This document shows positions 10,701 through 19,615 of a stretch of 37,209 nucleotides of DNA, in pieces; the stretch's first letter is position 1, and each line of letters begins with the position of its first letter. The stretch lies in the IMG/VR virus record IMGVR_UViG_3300017774_003532, positions 1 through 37,209 of that record; one strand, 5' to 3'. Under the pieces are notes generated by a model, which saw only the letters and a program-made list of their open reading frames with translations, was not told the DNA's origin and made no database searches. The translations under genes and the position numbers were made by a program. The DNA is from a virus (lineage: Duplodnaviria; Caudoviricetes).

Positions 10701-12429
10701 TCGTACAGCCAATGGTTATACATTGGTAAATGATACAACTATTATGTTGAGTTATACCGATGAAGAGTATGCAGTAAACAATGTAGCCAGTACCGATCAG
10801 TATATTAACCCGTTTGATATTTATATCTATACCGGCTCCATGCAACTGACACCTAGTGGTGATACATGGTATGATGCCAGTGAAAAACCATTAATTTATA
10901 AAAATGACAACGGGGAGTTTGATACTTTAATTCCTGATTCAATTGGTGAAAAGACATATGGATCGGTTTGGAATTCATGGAAACAGTTCTGGTATAGTCC
11001 AGGTAATAATGATGGTGTAAAAGCTATTTCTGATGGTGTTGTTTTAACTCAGGCCTCCGTTAATAGTAATGCTAACAATGTTGTGTTTCCTTATGCGAGA
11101 GCGGTAAATATTAGATTTACTGCCTCCAGACTTAAGCCTAGAACTAAGTACTATGCATTCTTTAATGAATATAACGTAACAAATTTCTGCTTCTCCCCGT
11201 CTGGATCAGGCAATATATCTAGTTTTGTTAACGACTATAGTAACCAGGGCGTATTAGTTTCTGATGACACAGGTACAGTATCAGGATATTTTAGATTTGA
11301 CCCAGCTGCATCTGGCTTAAAAATACCTACCGGTGCTATTAAATTCAGACTAACAGATTCTTCGACGGATGCAAGTAATAAAGAATCTTTTGCAGATGCT
11401 TATTTTACTTCAAGCGGGATTTTGGCAAAACAAGAGCCACCCCGTATTAATTATGTACCACAGCCTGTTATTGTATATCAACCTATTAACTCTGTAGATT
11501 CTAGACCTGGTAGTGTAACAGTGTACAACACCCCTACCACTGCTGAACCAGATACTGACTGGACCACTACCCGTACAACTACTACTACAAGTACAACGAC
11601 TTCAACCACTTCTACCACTTCTACAACCTTATATATAGTAGAGAATGGTGACCCCGTTACCAGCACAACTTCTACAACCTTATATAGACCAGAGAATGTT
11701 GACCCCGTTACCAGCACAACTTCTACAACAACAACTACAACTGTTGCTCCTACCTCTTCTACATCTACTGGTACTACCGCAGCAGCTATTGTACTTGGGT
11801 TTACCGATCATGCTGTTTCCTTCCTGGAAAATACTACCATAACCAGTACTAGTAAGGATTTAAGAAGTACGTTTCAAGATACTTTGGTATCAACAACAGG
11901 TTTTGTCGAAGCTACATTCCTTGCAAATCTGCCTACGTCTACATCTACTTACAATACAATTGCTTTGCGTGATCCAACGGTTGGTGGAAATACGTATGAT
12001 TTTGTAAGTGGTGCATCAGTAACGGGTGATGCTGCAGAAGCAGTACTACCAAATCAACTAACAATGAATCAGTATTATACAGCTACCAATATTATGGAAG
12101 CTAGAAATGCGGATACGGGAGATTTGTTTATTGCTGATATCAGAAATAGTGTATCTACAGAAAAGTGGGAAAGCGTTATTGTACCAGTATATGAGGCTGT
12201 GAAAGCAACTACTACAGAATTAGTAGCTGCAGGCGCGCCAACTTCTGAAATGTTAGCGTTTTACCAGGCAGGAATTGCTAACGGGTCATGGATAGAGAGC
12301 ACAGAAGGGGTACAAAAAGCAATTGATAACTGGGCTGCAGCAATGACTCTGGGATTCATTGACGGTCAAAGCTCAACCGCCCAGACGGCAGCCTCTATCA
12401 CAAAATCAGGCTCCGGTCTAGCTAATTAA
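7708..12429 (+). CDS. Large virion structural protein, DUF4815/VrlC-like (N-terminal part), with Thr-rich linker and acidic C-terminal region
   Basis: NFNTDPYFDDY...RILFKPG.AVQARELNQLQTILQNQ; APGADRY; LARRTYDESGDY; YYLPRIDK; RYTMKDIGKLE.RI.NLEYYTTLSLLE; DRFKNGFVVDSF. Confidence 0.8.
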   Translation: MAINFNTDPYFDDYNEANGFYRILFKPGVAVQARELNQLQTILQNQVTKFGNHTFKPGSMVIPGNLVIDKTLNFVKLLPTHNTIDIDVQNFIGKELQGQTTGIRAKVIQVDAATDTDPPTVYVKYLDSGTNYTTTSFANSETFQTVDGGTTYYATTIAASATGKSSAASISTGIFFVKDRFVRVEAQTVILQKYGIVPSYRIGLYVAEDIINSEDDESLLDPAISTFNYFAPGADRYRIILVLSKRLLSDSVTSDSFFELSRIENGEVVSITDKPGYNVLADELARRTYDESGDYTVKPFNLKIIEHLKDVNHPDGYLTSNQGGTGNFGIAVISPGKSYVKGYEVSTISNTYLPFNKPRDSANVTNAVVRTPIGNYLNVSNTFGIPNFTSDLSTVNLYNKYTNAKGSSNGTLVGNARIRGYETGSGNVMLDASTMKAFLFDVQMIKGYAFDRDVKSLFQSSVSDTGYVSTAYTSDVVPTAVAITGSLSLTNGSNAVTGVNTIFTSELKVGDYVQFTSDTNSYYVAAITTNTALTIGRTYPLANVSGVNASRDSAVIADADKSVYIFPFANDVINNISDITLRTRRVSYGTLASGNIDLSTAVNSTFASRSDTSYFAVAVTGAKAGNVFYVGSNNFEYTDGTNRNIRIKLSSFGLTNEDILVYSTVIKSNPAAKTKTSTYGSITLTAKTDCESAVISLSNADAYVISNVRMSSNVFGTSYLDSNAVDITDNYTLATGQTPTYYGISSVKIKPGKPLPTGPLKVSYEYYTHGSGDYFSEASYPDYEDISPFVDQGITYNLRDSLDFRPRISNDGANFKNTGAVRTEFIDYNNDFQCDYIYYLPRIDKIYITSKGEIAYKEGTSSLDPVEPVVEDQSMPLYVIEHPAYGFDINRDSNFTPLDQKRYTMKDIGKLENRIKNLEYYTTLSLLELDTAVFSVKDQFGLDRFKNGFVVDSFTGHGTGDIRNPDYNVSMDFAKGELLPSFNQNNYKLAEVNSVTADRTANGYTLVNDTTIMLSYTDEEYAVNNVASTDQYINPFDIYIYTGSMQLTPSGDTWYDASEKPLIYKNDNGEFDTLIPDSIGEKTYGSVWNSWKQFWYSPGNNDGVKAISDGVVLTQASVNSNANNVVFPYARAVNIRFTASRLKPRTKYYAFFNEYNVTNFCFSPSGSGNISSFVNDYSNQGVLVSDDTGTVSGYFRFDPAASGLKIPTGAIKFRLTDSSTDASNKESFADAYFTSSGILAKQEPPRINYVPQPVIVYQPINSVDSRPGSVTVYNTPTTAEPDTDWTTTRTTTTTSTTTSTTSTTSTTLYIVENGDPVTSTTSTTLYRPENVDPVTSTTSTTTTTTVAPTSSTSTGTTAAAIVLGFTDHAVSFLENTTITSTSKDLRSTFQDTLVSTTGFVEATFLANLPTSTSTYNTIALRDPTVGGNTYDFVSGASVTGDAAEAVLPNQLTMNQYYTATNIMEARNADTGDLFIADIRNSVSTEKWESVIVPVYEAVKATTTELVAAGAPTSEMLAFYQAGIANGSWIESTEGVQKAIDNWAAAMTLGFIDGQSSTAQTAASITKSGSGLAN
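11617..11729 (+). repeat. Near-perfect 51-bp tandem duplication (TSTTLY..ENxDPVTST) inside a Thr/Ser-rich linker
   Basis: gagaatg(g/t)tgaccccgttaccagcacaacttctacaac at 11641 and 11692. Confidence 0.9.
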
Positions 12430-12451
12430 TAATGGGAACAAAGGAATATAA

Positions 12452-14296
12452 ATGACAGTTAGTTTAAACGTCGATGGGGGAACAGGTTTAGTAGGATACT
12501 ACGATACGCTTGCTCAATCATTTTTTGTCGATGCTCCTATTCACGTCACTAAAGTAGATCTTTATTTTAGCAGTAAGGATAGTGTGAGCCCTGTTGAAAT
12601 GACGTTGAGAAGGGTTGAAAATAATATACCCAGTTCTAATGTCTTACCAAACTCAATCGTTACCAAAGCGGTTGCTGATATTAGTACCTCAACCGATGGA
12701 GCAACTGCTACCACATTTACCTTTCCTATCCCTGTTAGTCTTGATATTGGTCAATACTGCTTTACCCTATCTTCAGTATCAACAAGGAATAGAGTATTTG
12801 TGAGCCAGATAGGGGGTCTTGATTTAGTTAAAAATTCTATTATATCCAAACAACCGTATGCCGGTGTTATGTTCCTTTCGTCAAATGGGTCGATGTGGGA
12901 AACAGATCAAACTAAAGATATTAAATTTAAGGTGTATCGCGCTAGACTTACTTCAACGTCTGCTACTGTAGATTTAAGGATCGATAGTAAAGGCATGGTA
13001 TCACCTACGTTGAAAAAGCTTGATACTGATCCTTTTAAGTCTTATACTTCATCTGCTGTAGTGAAGGTATTTCATAATAGCCATGGATTCCAAAACGGTA
13101 GCTATGTTAAGTTTAATGGTATACCAAATGAAATTTCTTATTTGTCTAACACTGCATCCAGTGTAACGGTTAATAATGGTATACCAGTTCAAAAGCTATC
13201 TAATACTTTCTTTAATGTAAGTAATGTAACAAATGACTCTTATACTGTTACATTATCAACTAGTGCAGGAGAAACTGCAAACATTACCCCCGGCCGCTTT
13301 GGCGGTAAGGGTATTTTATCAACCACCATTCAACCATTCACAACAGTCTTTCCAAACTTAAGTGCTTATGCCCCCACTAAAGCATCTATAGTGCATAAGT
13401 TAAAAACCATTGATAGTTCTTATACTGTCAGGGACTTCGTACCGGTTACTCCTACTGATGTTACTTTTAAAGATTCTGCAAGACTACTTTTAGACTCAAA
13501 AAACAGTGCTGAGTCCGCCGGTGGAGCTGACAGCTTTGTTTATCGTCTTGAACTTTCAACCTCTGACATCTACTCATCACCTATTATTAACATACCCTTA
13601 TCTGGTGTACTGTTTGTTACACCAGATATTAATAGCCCGTCTACTTCTGAAAATTTAAGTCTAGATACTATTACAATTACAACAGCAGACACCGGGGTTT
13701 CATTTACATCAACCGGGGTAATAAATATCAGTGGTACGAATGCTAAGGCAAATGCCAAGGTTATGCTACCGGGGGCAAACGTGGTTATCAGTGGCGGTCA
13801 TGCCAATAACAGTAGTGATGTAAGAATTACATCGGTTGCAATCGATGGTTCTTCTGTTACGGTTAATAATCCATATGCTATTACTGAGCCAGCTGGTAAT
13901 GCAATTACCATCTCATACAAGCCAATATTTATTGCTGAACAAGCGGCCACAGGAAGTAGTTCAAAATCTAAGTATGTAACCAGAAAGATTGAATTAGCTA
14001 ACCCCGCCTCTGCCTTGTTAGTACGCTTCTCTGTATTTAAACCTGTAAATACAAGTATTGAGGTGTTTTTCAAAACTCAAAATGGTAATGAATCTAGTTC
14101 TTTTGATACCAAAGAATATACATTACTAGATATTGGTACACTAAAAAATACTGTAGACGGTCAATATATTGATGTAGAAAAATTTATTGACGAGTTAACC
14201 CCGTTCAATGCATTTGTTATTAAGATTGTATTTAAATCTTCGTCAATCGCCTATTATCCCAAGGTTAAGGATTTAAGAATTATTGCTTTATCATGA
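12452..14296 (+). CDS. Virion structural protein corresponding to the C-terminal part of DUF4815/VrlC-like proteins
   Basis: D.LAQSFFV...VTKVDLYFSSKD; KQPYAGVMFLSSNGSMW..DQ..DIKFKVYRA; SKYVTRKIEL.NPA; F.AF.IKIV...PKVKDLRIIA. Confidence 0.75.
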   Translation: MTVSLNVDGGTGLVGYYDTLAQSFFVDAPIHVTKVDLYFSSKDSVSPVEMTLRRVENNIPSSNVLPNSIVTKAVADISTSTDGATATTFTFPIPVSLDIGQYCFTLSSVSTRNRVFVSQIGGLDLVKNSIISKQPYAGVMFLSSNGSMWETDQTKDIKFKVYRARLTSTSATVDLRIDSKGMVSPTLKKLDTDPFKSYTSSAVVKVFHNSHGFQNGSYVKFNGIPNEISYLSNTASSVTVNNGIPVQKLSNTFFNVSNVTNDSYTVTLSTSAGETANITPGRFGGKGILSTTIQPFTTVFPNLSAYAPTKASIVHKLKTIDSSYTVRDFVPVTPTDVTFKDSARLLLDSKNSAESAGGADSFVYRLELSTSDIYSSPIINIPLSGVLFVTPDINSPSTSENLSLDTITITTADTGVSFTSTGVINISGTNAKANAKVMLPGANVVISGGHANNSSDVRITSVAIDGSSVTVNNPYAITEPAGNAITISYKPIFIAEQAATGSSSKSKYVTRKIELANPASALLVRFSVFKPVNTSIEVFFKTQNGNESSSFDTKEYTLLDIGTLKNTVDGQYIDVEKFIDELTPFNAFVIKIVFKSSSIAYYPKVKDLRIIALS

Positions 14297-14541
14297 TAAA
14301 CAAAGATAATTTAGTTAAGGTCAAGGACCACCCAAACCATTACCGAGACCCTCGATCTAAAGCTATTCTGGTGGTTGATAGTGTTTCAAGACAAAATTAT
14401 GTCAATCAAAAAACATTAGCACTTAGGACAGTGGGTACTACAGAAAGACTTCAGTCCGAGATGCAAAGTATGAGAGATGAATTAAGGGAGTTAAAGGATC
14501 TGCTTCGGTCCTTGGTTAATAACTCTACATCAGATAAATAA
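14293..14541 (+). CDS. Small conserved protein with C-terminal coiled coil
   Basis: VKVKDHPNHYRDPRSKAIL followed by heptad-like ELRELKDLL; ATGA overlap with upstream gene. Confidence 0.65.
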   Translation: MINKDNLVKVKDHPNHYRDPRSKAILVVDSVSRQNYVNQKTLALRTVGTTERLQSEMQSMRDELRELKDLLRSLVNNSTSDK

Positions 14542-14578
14542 ACAATAAATATTTAAAAGAATACTGTAAGGTAATTAC

Positions 14579-15709
14579 ATGGCAACGATACTCTTAAGAA
14601 CCGCTAATTCGATCTCTAGTCCAGGGTCTACCGTAAAGGGTACACCTCTGACTAATTCGGAAGTGGACAATAACTTTTCTAATATTAATATTACGCTTGG
14701 GGTTCTTTCTAATCTAAGTACATCGGCCAATGCGAATTTGGTTGCTGCAATTAACTCTGTTACCTATGCGGTTGGTTCTGACGGTAATGTCTTAACCAGT
14801 AATGGTAATACATGGTTCAGTAGTGCATTACCTGCCAGTGGTTTGTCTTATGTAACCAAGTCTGCCAATTACACTATTAATAATAACGAAGGTGTTCTCG
14901 CTAATACTGCAACTGGTGCATTCACAGTCACATTACCTTTAAGTCCTGTCGTCGGTAATCAGGTGGTGGTAGCTGACGCATATGGAGATTTTGGTGCAAA
15001 CGCATTGACCGTTGGACGTAACGGGTCTACTATTGCAAATGTCGCAGAAGATTTAATAATTGACATTAACGGTGTAAGCGTACAATTAGTCTATACCGGT
15101 TCTACATGGGATGTATTTGCCCAAGTAGGTGCAAACGGTGGAACGGCTGTAACTTTAGATGGTACCCAGACATTAACTAATAAGACTTTAACCAGCCCTA
15201 CTTTAACGACTCCAGCTTTAGGTACCCCTTCTGCAATTGTCTTAACCAACGCTACCGGTACCGCTAGTAGTTTAACTGTTGGTAAGATTACTATAACAGA
15301 TGAAACAGCATCAGTATCAACCTATTACCCCATGTTTACAAGCAGTAATACAGGTGGGTTGAACGCAAATGTTTCTTCTACCGGTTTGACATTTACACCT
15401 TCTACCGGTCTTTTAACATCAACTGACTATAACTCATCTTCAGATATGACGTTAAAACAAGATATTACACCTATTGTAAATCCTTTAGATATTATAAGTC
15501 AATTGAATGGGTTTGGATTTACATGGGTAAAGAGCAAAGAAAAAGCATACGGGTTATCAGCTCAAGAAGTTGAAAAAGTAATTCCTGACGTAGTTAGGCA
15601 AAGACCTGATGGTACCAAGGGTATTAATTATATGAACCTGACTGCTTTCTTAGTTGAAGCAATCAAGGATTTAAAACAAGAGATAGAAGAGCTTAAGAAG
15701 CCTAAATAA
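14579..15709 (+). CDS. Tail-fibre protein with gp9/gp10-like domain and C-terminal peptidase S74 intramolecular chaperone
   Basis: N-terminal KGTPLTNSEVDNNF; central TVTLPLSP..G..V...D..G.F..N.LTV.RNG..I; C-terminal SSD..LKQDI...G..FTW...GLSAQEVEKVIPDVV...INY...LVEAIKDL. Confidence 0.8.
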   Translation: MATILLRTANSISSPGSTVKGTPLTNSEVDNNFSNINITLGVLSNLSTSANANLVAAINSVTYAVGSDGNVLTSNGNTWFSSALPASGLSYVTKSANYTINNNEGVLANTATGAFTVTLPLSPVVGNQVVVADAYGDFGANALTVGRNGSTIANVAEDLIIDINGVSVQLVYTGSTWDVFAQVGANGGTAVTLDGTQTLTNKTLTSPTLTTPALGTPSAIVLTNATGTASSLTVGKITITDETASVSTYYPMFTSSNTGGLNANVSSTGLTFTPSTGLLTSTDYNSSSDMTLKQDITPIVNPLDIISQLNGFGFTWVKSKEKAYGLSAQEVEKVIPDVVRQRPDGTKGINYMNLTAFLVEAIKDLKQEIEELKKPK

Positions 15710-15722
15710 TAACAACAATAAC

Positions 15723-15742
15723 CGAGTTCAAAAGGAACGAAG
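15723..15742 (+). promoter_or_regulatory. Putative RBS-overlapping RNA hairpin (copy 1)
   Basis: C-GA-GTTC-aaaag-GAAC-GAA-G immediately before ATG 15743; a second copy lies at 32381-32404. Confidence 0.5.
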
Positions 15743-16492
15743 ATGGCAATTAAAATAGGCGGAACAACCGTCATAGACGACAGTCGTGCTGCAAACGTAG
15801 TTTCAATAACGGGTCTTACAACCCCTCTCTCAATAGCTCAAGGTGGAACTGGTTCCTCCTCTACAGCTCACACCAGCCTTACTACTAACGTTTCAGGTAC
15901 TTTACCTGTAGCTAACGGTGGTACAGGAGTTACTACAAGTACAGGAACGACCAGTGTCGTACTATCAAATTCACCCACGTTGGTCACACCAGCCCTTGGT
16001 ACGCCAAGCTCTGGTAATTTAGCTAACTGTACATTCCCAACACTGAATCAAAATACATCTGGTTCAGCAGCCACATTTACAAGTACTTCACAAAACTCTC
16101 AGTTTAACTCTGTAGGTGTAGGTACAGCAGCTTCGGCTACAGCAGGTGAAATTCGCGCAACCAATAACATTACAGCCTATTACTCTTCTGATAGAAAATT
16201 CAAAGAGAATGTACGGGATATACCTAATGCATTAGAAACAGTTAACAGCATTGGCGGTAAGTTATTTGACTGGACGGATTCTTATATTGAATCTAAGGGT
16301 GGTGCAGATGGGTACTTTGTACAAAAAGCTGACTTTGGTGTTATTGCCCAGGATGTACAAGCCGTTTTTCCAGTAGCCGTTCGTACACGTGAAGACGGTA
16401 CACTTGCTGTTGACTACGAAAAACTTGGCGTACTGGCTTTTGCCGCATTGATTGAACTAACTAAACGTGTTGAGGCACTGGAGAATAACTAA
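15743..16492 (+). CDS. Short tail-fibre protein with C-terminal peptidase S74 chaperone
   Basis: MAIKIGGTTVIDDSR; L.(I/V)A.GGTG repeats; GEIRATNNITAYYSSDRKFKEN...FDW...GVIAQDVQAVFP.AV..REDG.LAVDYEKL. Confidence 0.8.
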   Translation: MAIKIGGTTVIDDSRAANVVSITGLTTPLSIAQGGTGSSSTAHTSLTTNVSGTLPVANGGTGVTTSTGTTSVVLSNSPTLVTPALGTPSSGNLANCTFPTLNQNTSGSAATFTSTSQNSQFNSVGVGTAASATAGEIRATNNITAYYSSDRKFKENVRDIPNALETVNSIGGKLFDWTDSYIESKGGADGYFVQKADFGVIAQDVQAVFPVAVRTREDGTLAVDYEKLGVLAFAALIELTKRVEALENN

Positions 16493-18000
16493 TGGCTCTT
16501 AATGCTTCTGGTGCAATTAGTCTTGGTGGAGCAACTGCAGGGCAGTCTATTAACCTTGAATTAGGTCTTTCCGCTACCGCTCTAATCGGTTTGAACGATG
16601 CTGCCGTTCGTACACTTTTGGGTAAAGCAAGTGGTGCTATTTCTTTGAATGATGCCTACGGTAAAAGCAATCGCACAGATTTTTTCTCAACTTGGTCGAA
16701 CTCGCTGAATATAAGCCAGATGTTTACTGGTGCTATTGATTCTTCTGGTAACATTACATCGTTTATGAAAAGTGGGACACAGAGCAATCGTACTGCTATT
16801 CTACGACTAAACTCTGCCGGCGCAGTGATATCTCAACAGTATGTTGGGTCCATTGGTGGGTCAAGTGTACCTAGTGAGTGTTTTTACTCAAGCGTTTCTG
16901 ATTCTTTTTACTTTACAACCCTTAGCTCAAGCAGTGGGTATTTCACCGTTATGCAAGTTAGTACATCAGGTACTTTGATTGGCTCAGGTGCTATACGTCC
17001 TAATACGCAGGCCGGCAATAGTGCTAGACTCAATGCAGTTGCTATTAATTCTAGTGGTGAACTTCTTGTTAGTTTTAGGTTTTATTATTCTTCAGGTAAA
17101 AGCCAATATACTAAGCCTATGACAGCAAAGTTTTCTGGTAATTTGGGTACCGGGAGATCATCGTACAATAGTCAAGCTGTTTGGCTCAAAACCACAGAAA
17201 ACGCGAATGGTGGTGGGAATGGTTATGGAACAATGCTTTTTGAATATAGTGGTTTTCTCTATGGATTTGGCACCAATAGTAGTAATTATCCCAGTTTAAT
17301 AAAATACAATCTTGATGGCACTGGAGTTACTCCTACAAATGCCAATAATGTAATGACAATGTCTGGCGGCAATTATTACGGCGGCGCCGCATTTTATAAC
17401 AGTAGTGAAAATGCTGTATATGGTTCTGGGCAGTGGACAGATGCAAATGCATCTGGCATAGTGGTTAAATTTGTTGGAACTACACCAACTTGGGCTCGCT
17501 TACTTTCTAATACCCAAGGTGGTTGGCAACACATGACTCTTGACTCATCTAATAACGTATATGTTTTTGCCGGAAAATATAACACATCGGAGAGAGCTAT
17601 TGTTGCAAAGTATAACTCAAGTGGCACATTGCAATGGCAACGCTATTTTAGGTTTACTGGAACCAATATTATTGGTTATTCAAGATTTTCCGGCTTGTCT
17701 GTTTACAGCGGGGGAGGCACATTATGCCTTCATCTAACAATAGCAAGAAGTGGATCCCCGTATACTTATGGTACTATTATAACGTATCCAACCGATGGAT
17801 CTAAAACAACAGGGGCAATAACTAATTCTGAAGGATTAACACTAACTATTGAAACCGCTGCTGAAACATCATCAACCAAGACTTTTACAACTTCAGATTA
17901 TCATCATTCCAGCACGAGTAATTATAATCCTGAATATGGGTTAGGTGGCTTCTCCATCGACGGAACAGAAACGTCAAATAACGTAACACAATCAATATGA
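16492..18000 (+). CDS. Putative receptor-binding/fibre-tip protein, Ser/Gly/aromatic-rich, possibly a beta-propeller
   Basis: N-terminal MALNASGAISL...INLELG...ISLNDAYGKS; blade-like repeats (IDSSGNI, INSSGEL, LDSSNNVYV, KYNSSGTLQWQR). Confidence 0.55.
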   Translation: MALNASGAISLGGATAGQSINLELGLSATALIGLNDAAVRTLLGKASGAISLNDAYGKSNRTDFFSTWSNSLNISQMFTGAIDSSGNITSFMKSGTQSNRTAILRLNSAGAVISQQYVGSIGGSSVPSECFYSSVSDSFYFTTLSSSSGYFTVMQVSTSGTLIGSGAIRPNTQAGNSARLNAVAINSSGELLVSFRFYYSSGKSQYTKPMTAKFSGNLGTGRSSYNSQAVWLKTTENANGGGNGYGTMLFEYSGFLYGFGTNSSNYPSLIKYNLDGTGVTPTNANNVMTMSGGNYYGGAAFYNSSENAVYGSGQWTDANASGIVVKFVGTTPTWARLLSNTQGGWQHMTLDSSNNVYVFAGKYNTSERAIVAKYNSSGTLQWQRYFRFTGTNIIGYSRFSGLSVYSGGGTLCLHLTIARSGSPYTYGTIITYPTDGSKTTGAITNSEGLTLTIETAAETSSTKTFTTSDYHHSSTSNYNPEYGLGGFSIDGTETSNNVTQSI

Positions 18001-18308
18001 GTATATACATTAAACTTTTAACACTTGAATATCCTCGTCACGAGGGTGACATTCGTCTAGAATATCCTGAAATTCTAGAAACACAAACAGGAGATGATTT
18101 TCCTTGTCCTTCTACATATGCCAAAGTAGAATGGGTAGATCCTCCTGAAATAAACCCTAATACTCAAAAATATTTTGAACTTTCACCGACTCAAGTCGGA
18201 GGTATTTGGACTATAGTATGGGGTGTAAAAGATTTAACTGATGAAGAAAAGGAGGATCTTCAAATCCTTCGAGGTCTTGGAAATAGTATAAGTGTGGAGC
18301 GTTTATGA
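17997..18308 (+). CDS. Hypothetical protein, possibly tail-fibre assembly/accessory
   Basis: EYP...YAKV....PP..NP.TQ...E..P....G.W...W.V.DLT.EE; ATGA-coupled to the upstream fibre gene. Confidence 0.5.
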   Translation: MSIYIKLLTLEYPRHEGDIRLEYPEILETQTGDDFPCPSTYAKVEWVDPPEINPNTQKYFELSPTQVGGIWTIVWGVKDLTDEEKEDLQILRGLGNSISVERL

Positions 18309-18661
18309 ATGTTAAAAATGAAGTAAAAATTGTAGATAATGTTTTTGTTAAAATGTTTTATTTAGAGCAAGTTGGTGATATAATTACTGGCCACGCTCAC
18401 ACTTTTGATCATATCACTTTGCTTGCAAGAGGAAGAGTAATGATGAGTGCTGAAGGTGTTGATAAGGAACACGTTGCACCCAAACTTATTGTAACACCAA
18501 AAGGTCTAATCCACAAATTTGAAGCCTTGGATAAAAACTGTATTCTTTGTTGTGTTCATGCAATTCGTGATGGAGATGGGGAAGAAGATGTAGCTCCTCC
18601 CGGTATCACAGAAGAGCAAGCCAATTTGTTTATGGAACAGTTTCCTTTGACTCAAGAATGA
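18305..18661 (+). CDS. Cupin-fold protein (paralog 1)
   Basis: GHAHTFDHITLLARG...HKFEAL...CCVHA cupin metal motifs. Confidence 0.75.
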   Translation: MNVKNEVKIVDNVFVKMFYLEQVGDIITGHAHTFDHITLLARGRVMMSAEGVDKEHVAPKLIVTPKGLIHKFEALDKNCILCCVHAIRDGDGEEDVAPPGITEEQANLFMEQFPLTQE

Positions 18662-19014
18662 CTACTCAGACTCAAGTAACTTTAGTAAACAATTTATTCC
18701 TTAAAATGTTTACGTATAGTGAGGTTGGTGATGTCAATCCAGGTGGCGGTCACAAGCACAGTTACGATCATATAACACTCCTTGCTCGTGGATCTTTGTT
18801 ACTAGAGACCGATGCTGGTCAAGAAACCCATGTAGCACCTAAGTTATTTGTTACTAAAAAAGGTGTTGAACATAAATTCACTGCTCTAGAAAGAAACACT
18901 GTAATGTGTTGTGTTGTTCCTATCAGAGATGGTGAGGGGTTGGATGACGTTGCTCCTGCAGATATTACTGAGCAACAAGCTAAAGAATTACTCGCAAAAT
19001 TCCCTTTTATTTAA
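18658..19014 (+). CDS. Cupin-fold protein (paralog 2)
   Basis: GHKHSYDHITLLARG...HVAPKL...HKFTAL...CCVV; collinear with the previous ORF, both 118 aa. Confidence 0.75.
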   Translation: MTTQTQVTLVNNLFLKMFTYSEVGDVNPGGGHKHSYDHITLLARGSLLLETDAGQETHVAPKLFVTKKGVEHKFTALERNTVMCCVVPIRDGEGLDDVAPADITEQQAKELLAKFPFI

Positions 19015-19022
19015 TTTAACTT

Positions 19023-19583
19023 ATGAGTGTTTTTGTTATTCCTGGATTTATTTCAGCTGAAACTTGTTCCTCTTTAAATGATTGGGTTGATCAAGGTGTA
19101 ACAGAAAAGTGGTTGGATAAGGGAATAAGTCGAAGTTCTAGTTGGGATTATGAAAAAAGAGTGACAACTAGGAATTATGCTGACAGGTTTCAATACTCTC
19201 CAGTCGTTTATCAAGTCTTTGACAAAATTACTGATCACCTAGGTCTTCAAGACATACCTAAAAGCACTGCTGGAGCTGGCAAGGATGGTATTGTTGTGAG
19301 TTGCACATTCCCTGGTGGTGATGTTTACCCTCATAGAGATCCAATGGAAGGAAATGACCTTCACGTGCTAAGATGTAATATCATGTCACGTGACTCAGAT
19401 GCTGGTGGCCAGCTGTTCATTGGTGGAGAGCATATTGATATTGGGGTAGGAGACTTACATTGTTATCTCCCATCAAATGTTGAACATTATGTCACTCCTG
19501 TAGAAGGTAATACTTCTAGAATTATGTGGATGTTTGGATATAAAATGAATATTCCGGACTTCTTAAAACTAAAAAAAATTTAA
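19023..19583 (+). CDS. 2OG-Fe(II) oxygenase (prolyl-hydroxylase-like)
   Basis: HxD (PHRD), GGQLF, distal His (EHYVTPV) and Arg (TSRIMW). Confidence 0.8.
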   Translation: MSVFVIPGFISAETCSSLNDWVDQGVTEKWLDKGISRSSSWDYEKRVTTRNYADRFQYSPVVYQVFDKITDHLGLQDIPKSTAGAGKDGIVVSCTFPGGDVYPHRDPMEGNDLHVLRCNIMSRDSDAGGQLFIGGEHIDIGVGDLHCYLPSNVEHYVTPVEGNTSRIMWMFGYKMNIPDFLKLKKI

Positions 19584-19615
19584 TTAATTGATACTAAATT
19601 TAATGAAAGAAAAAT

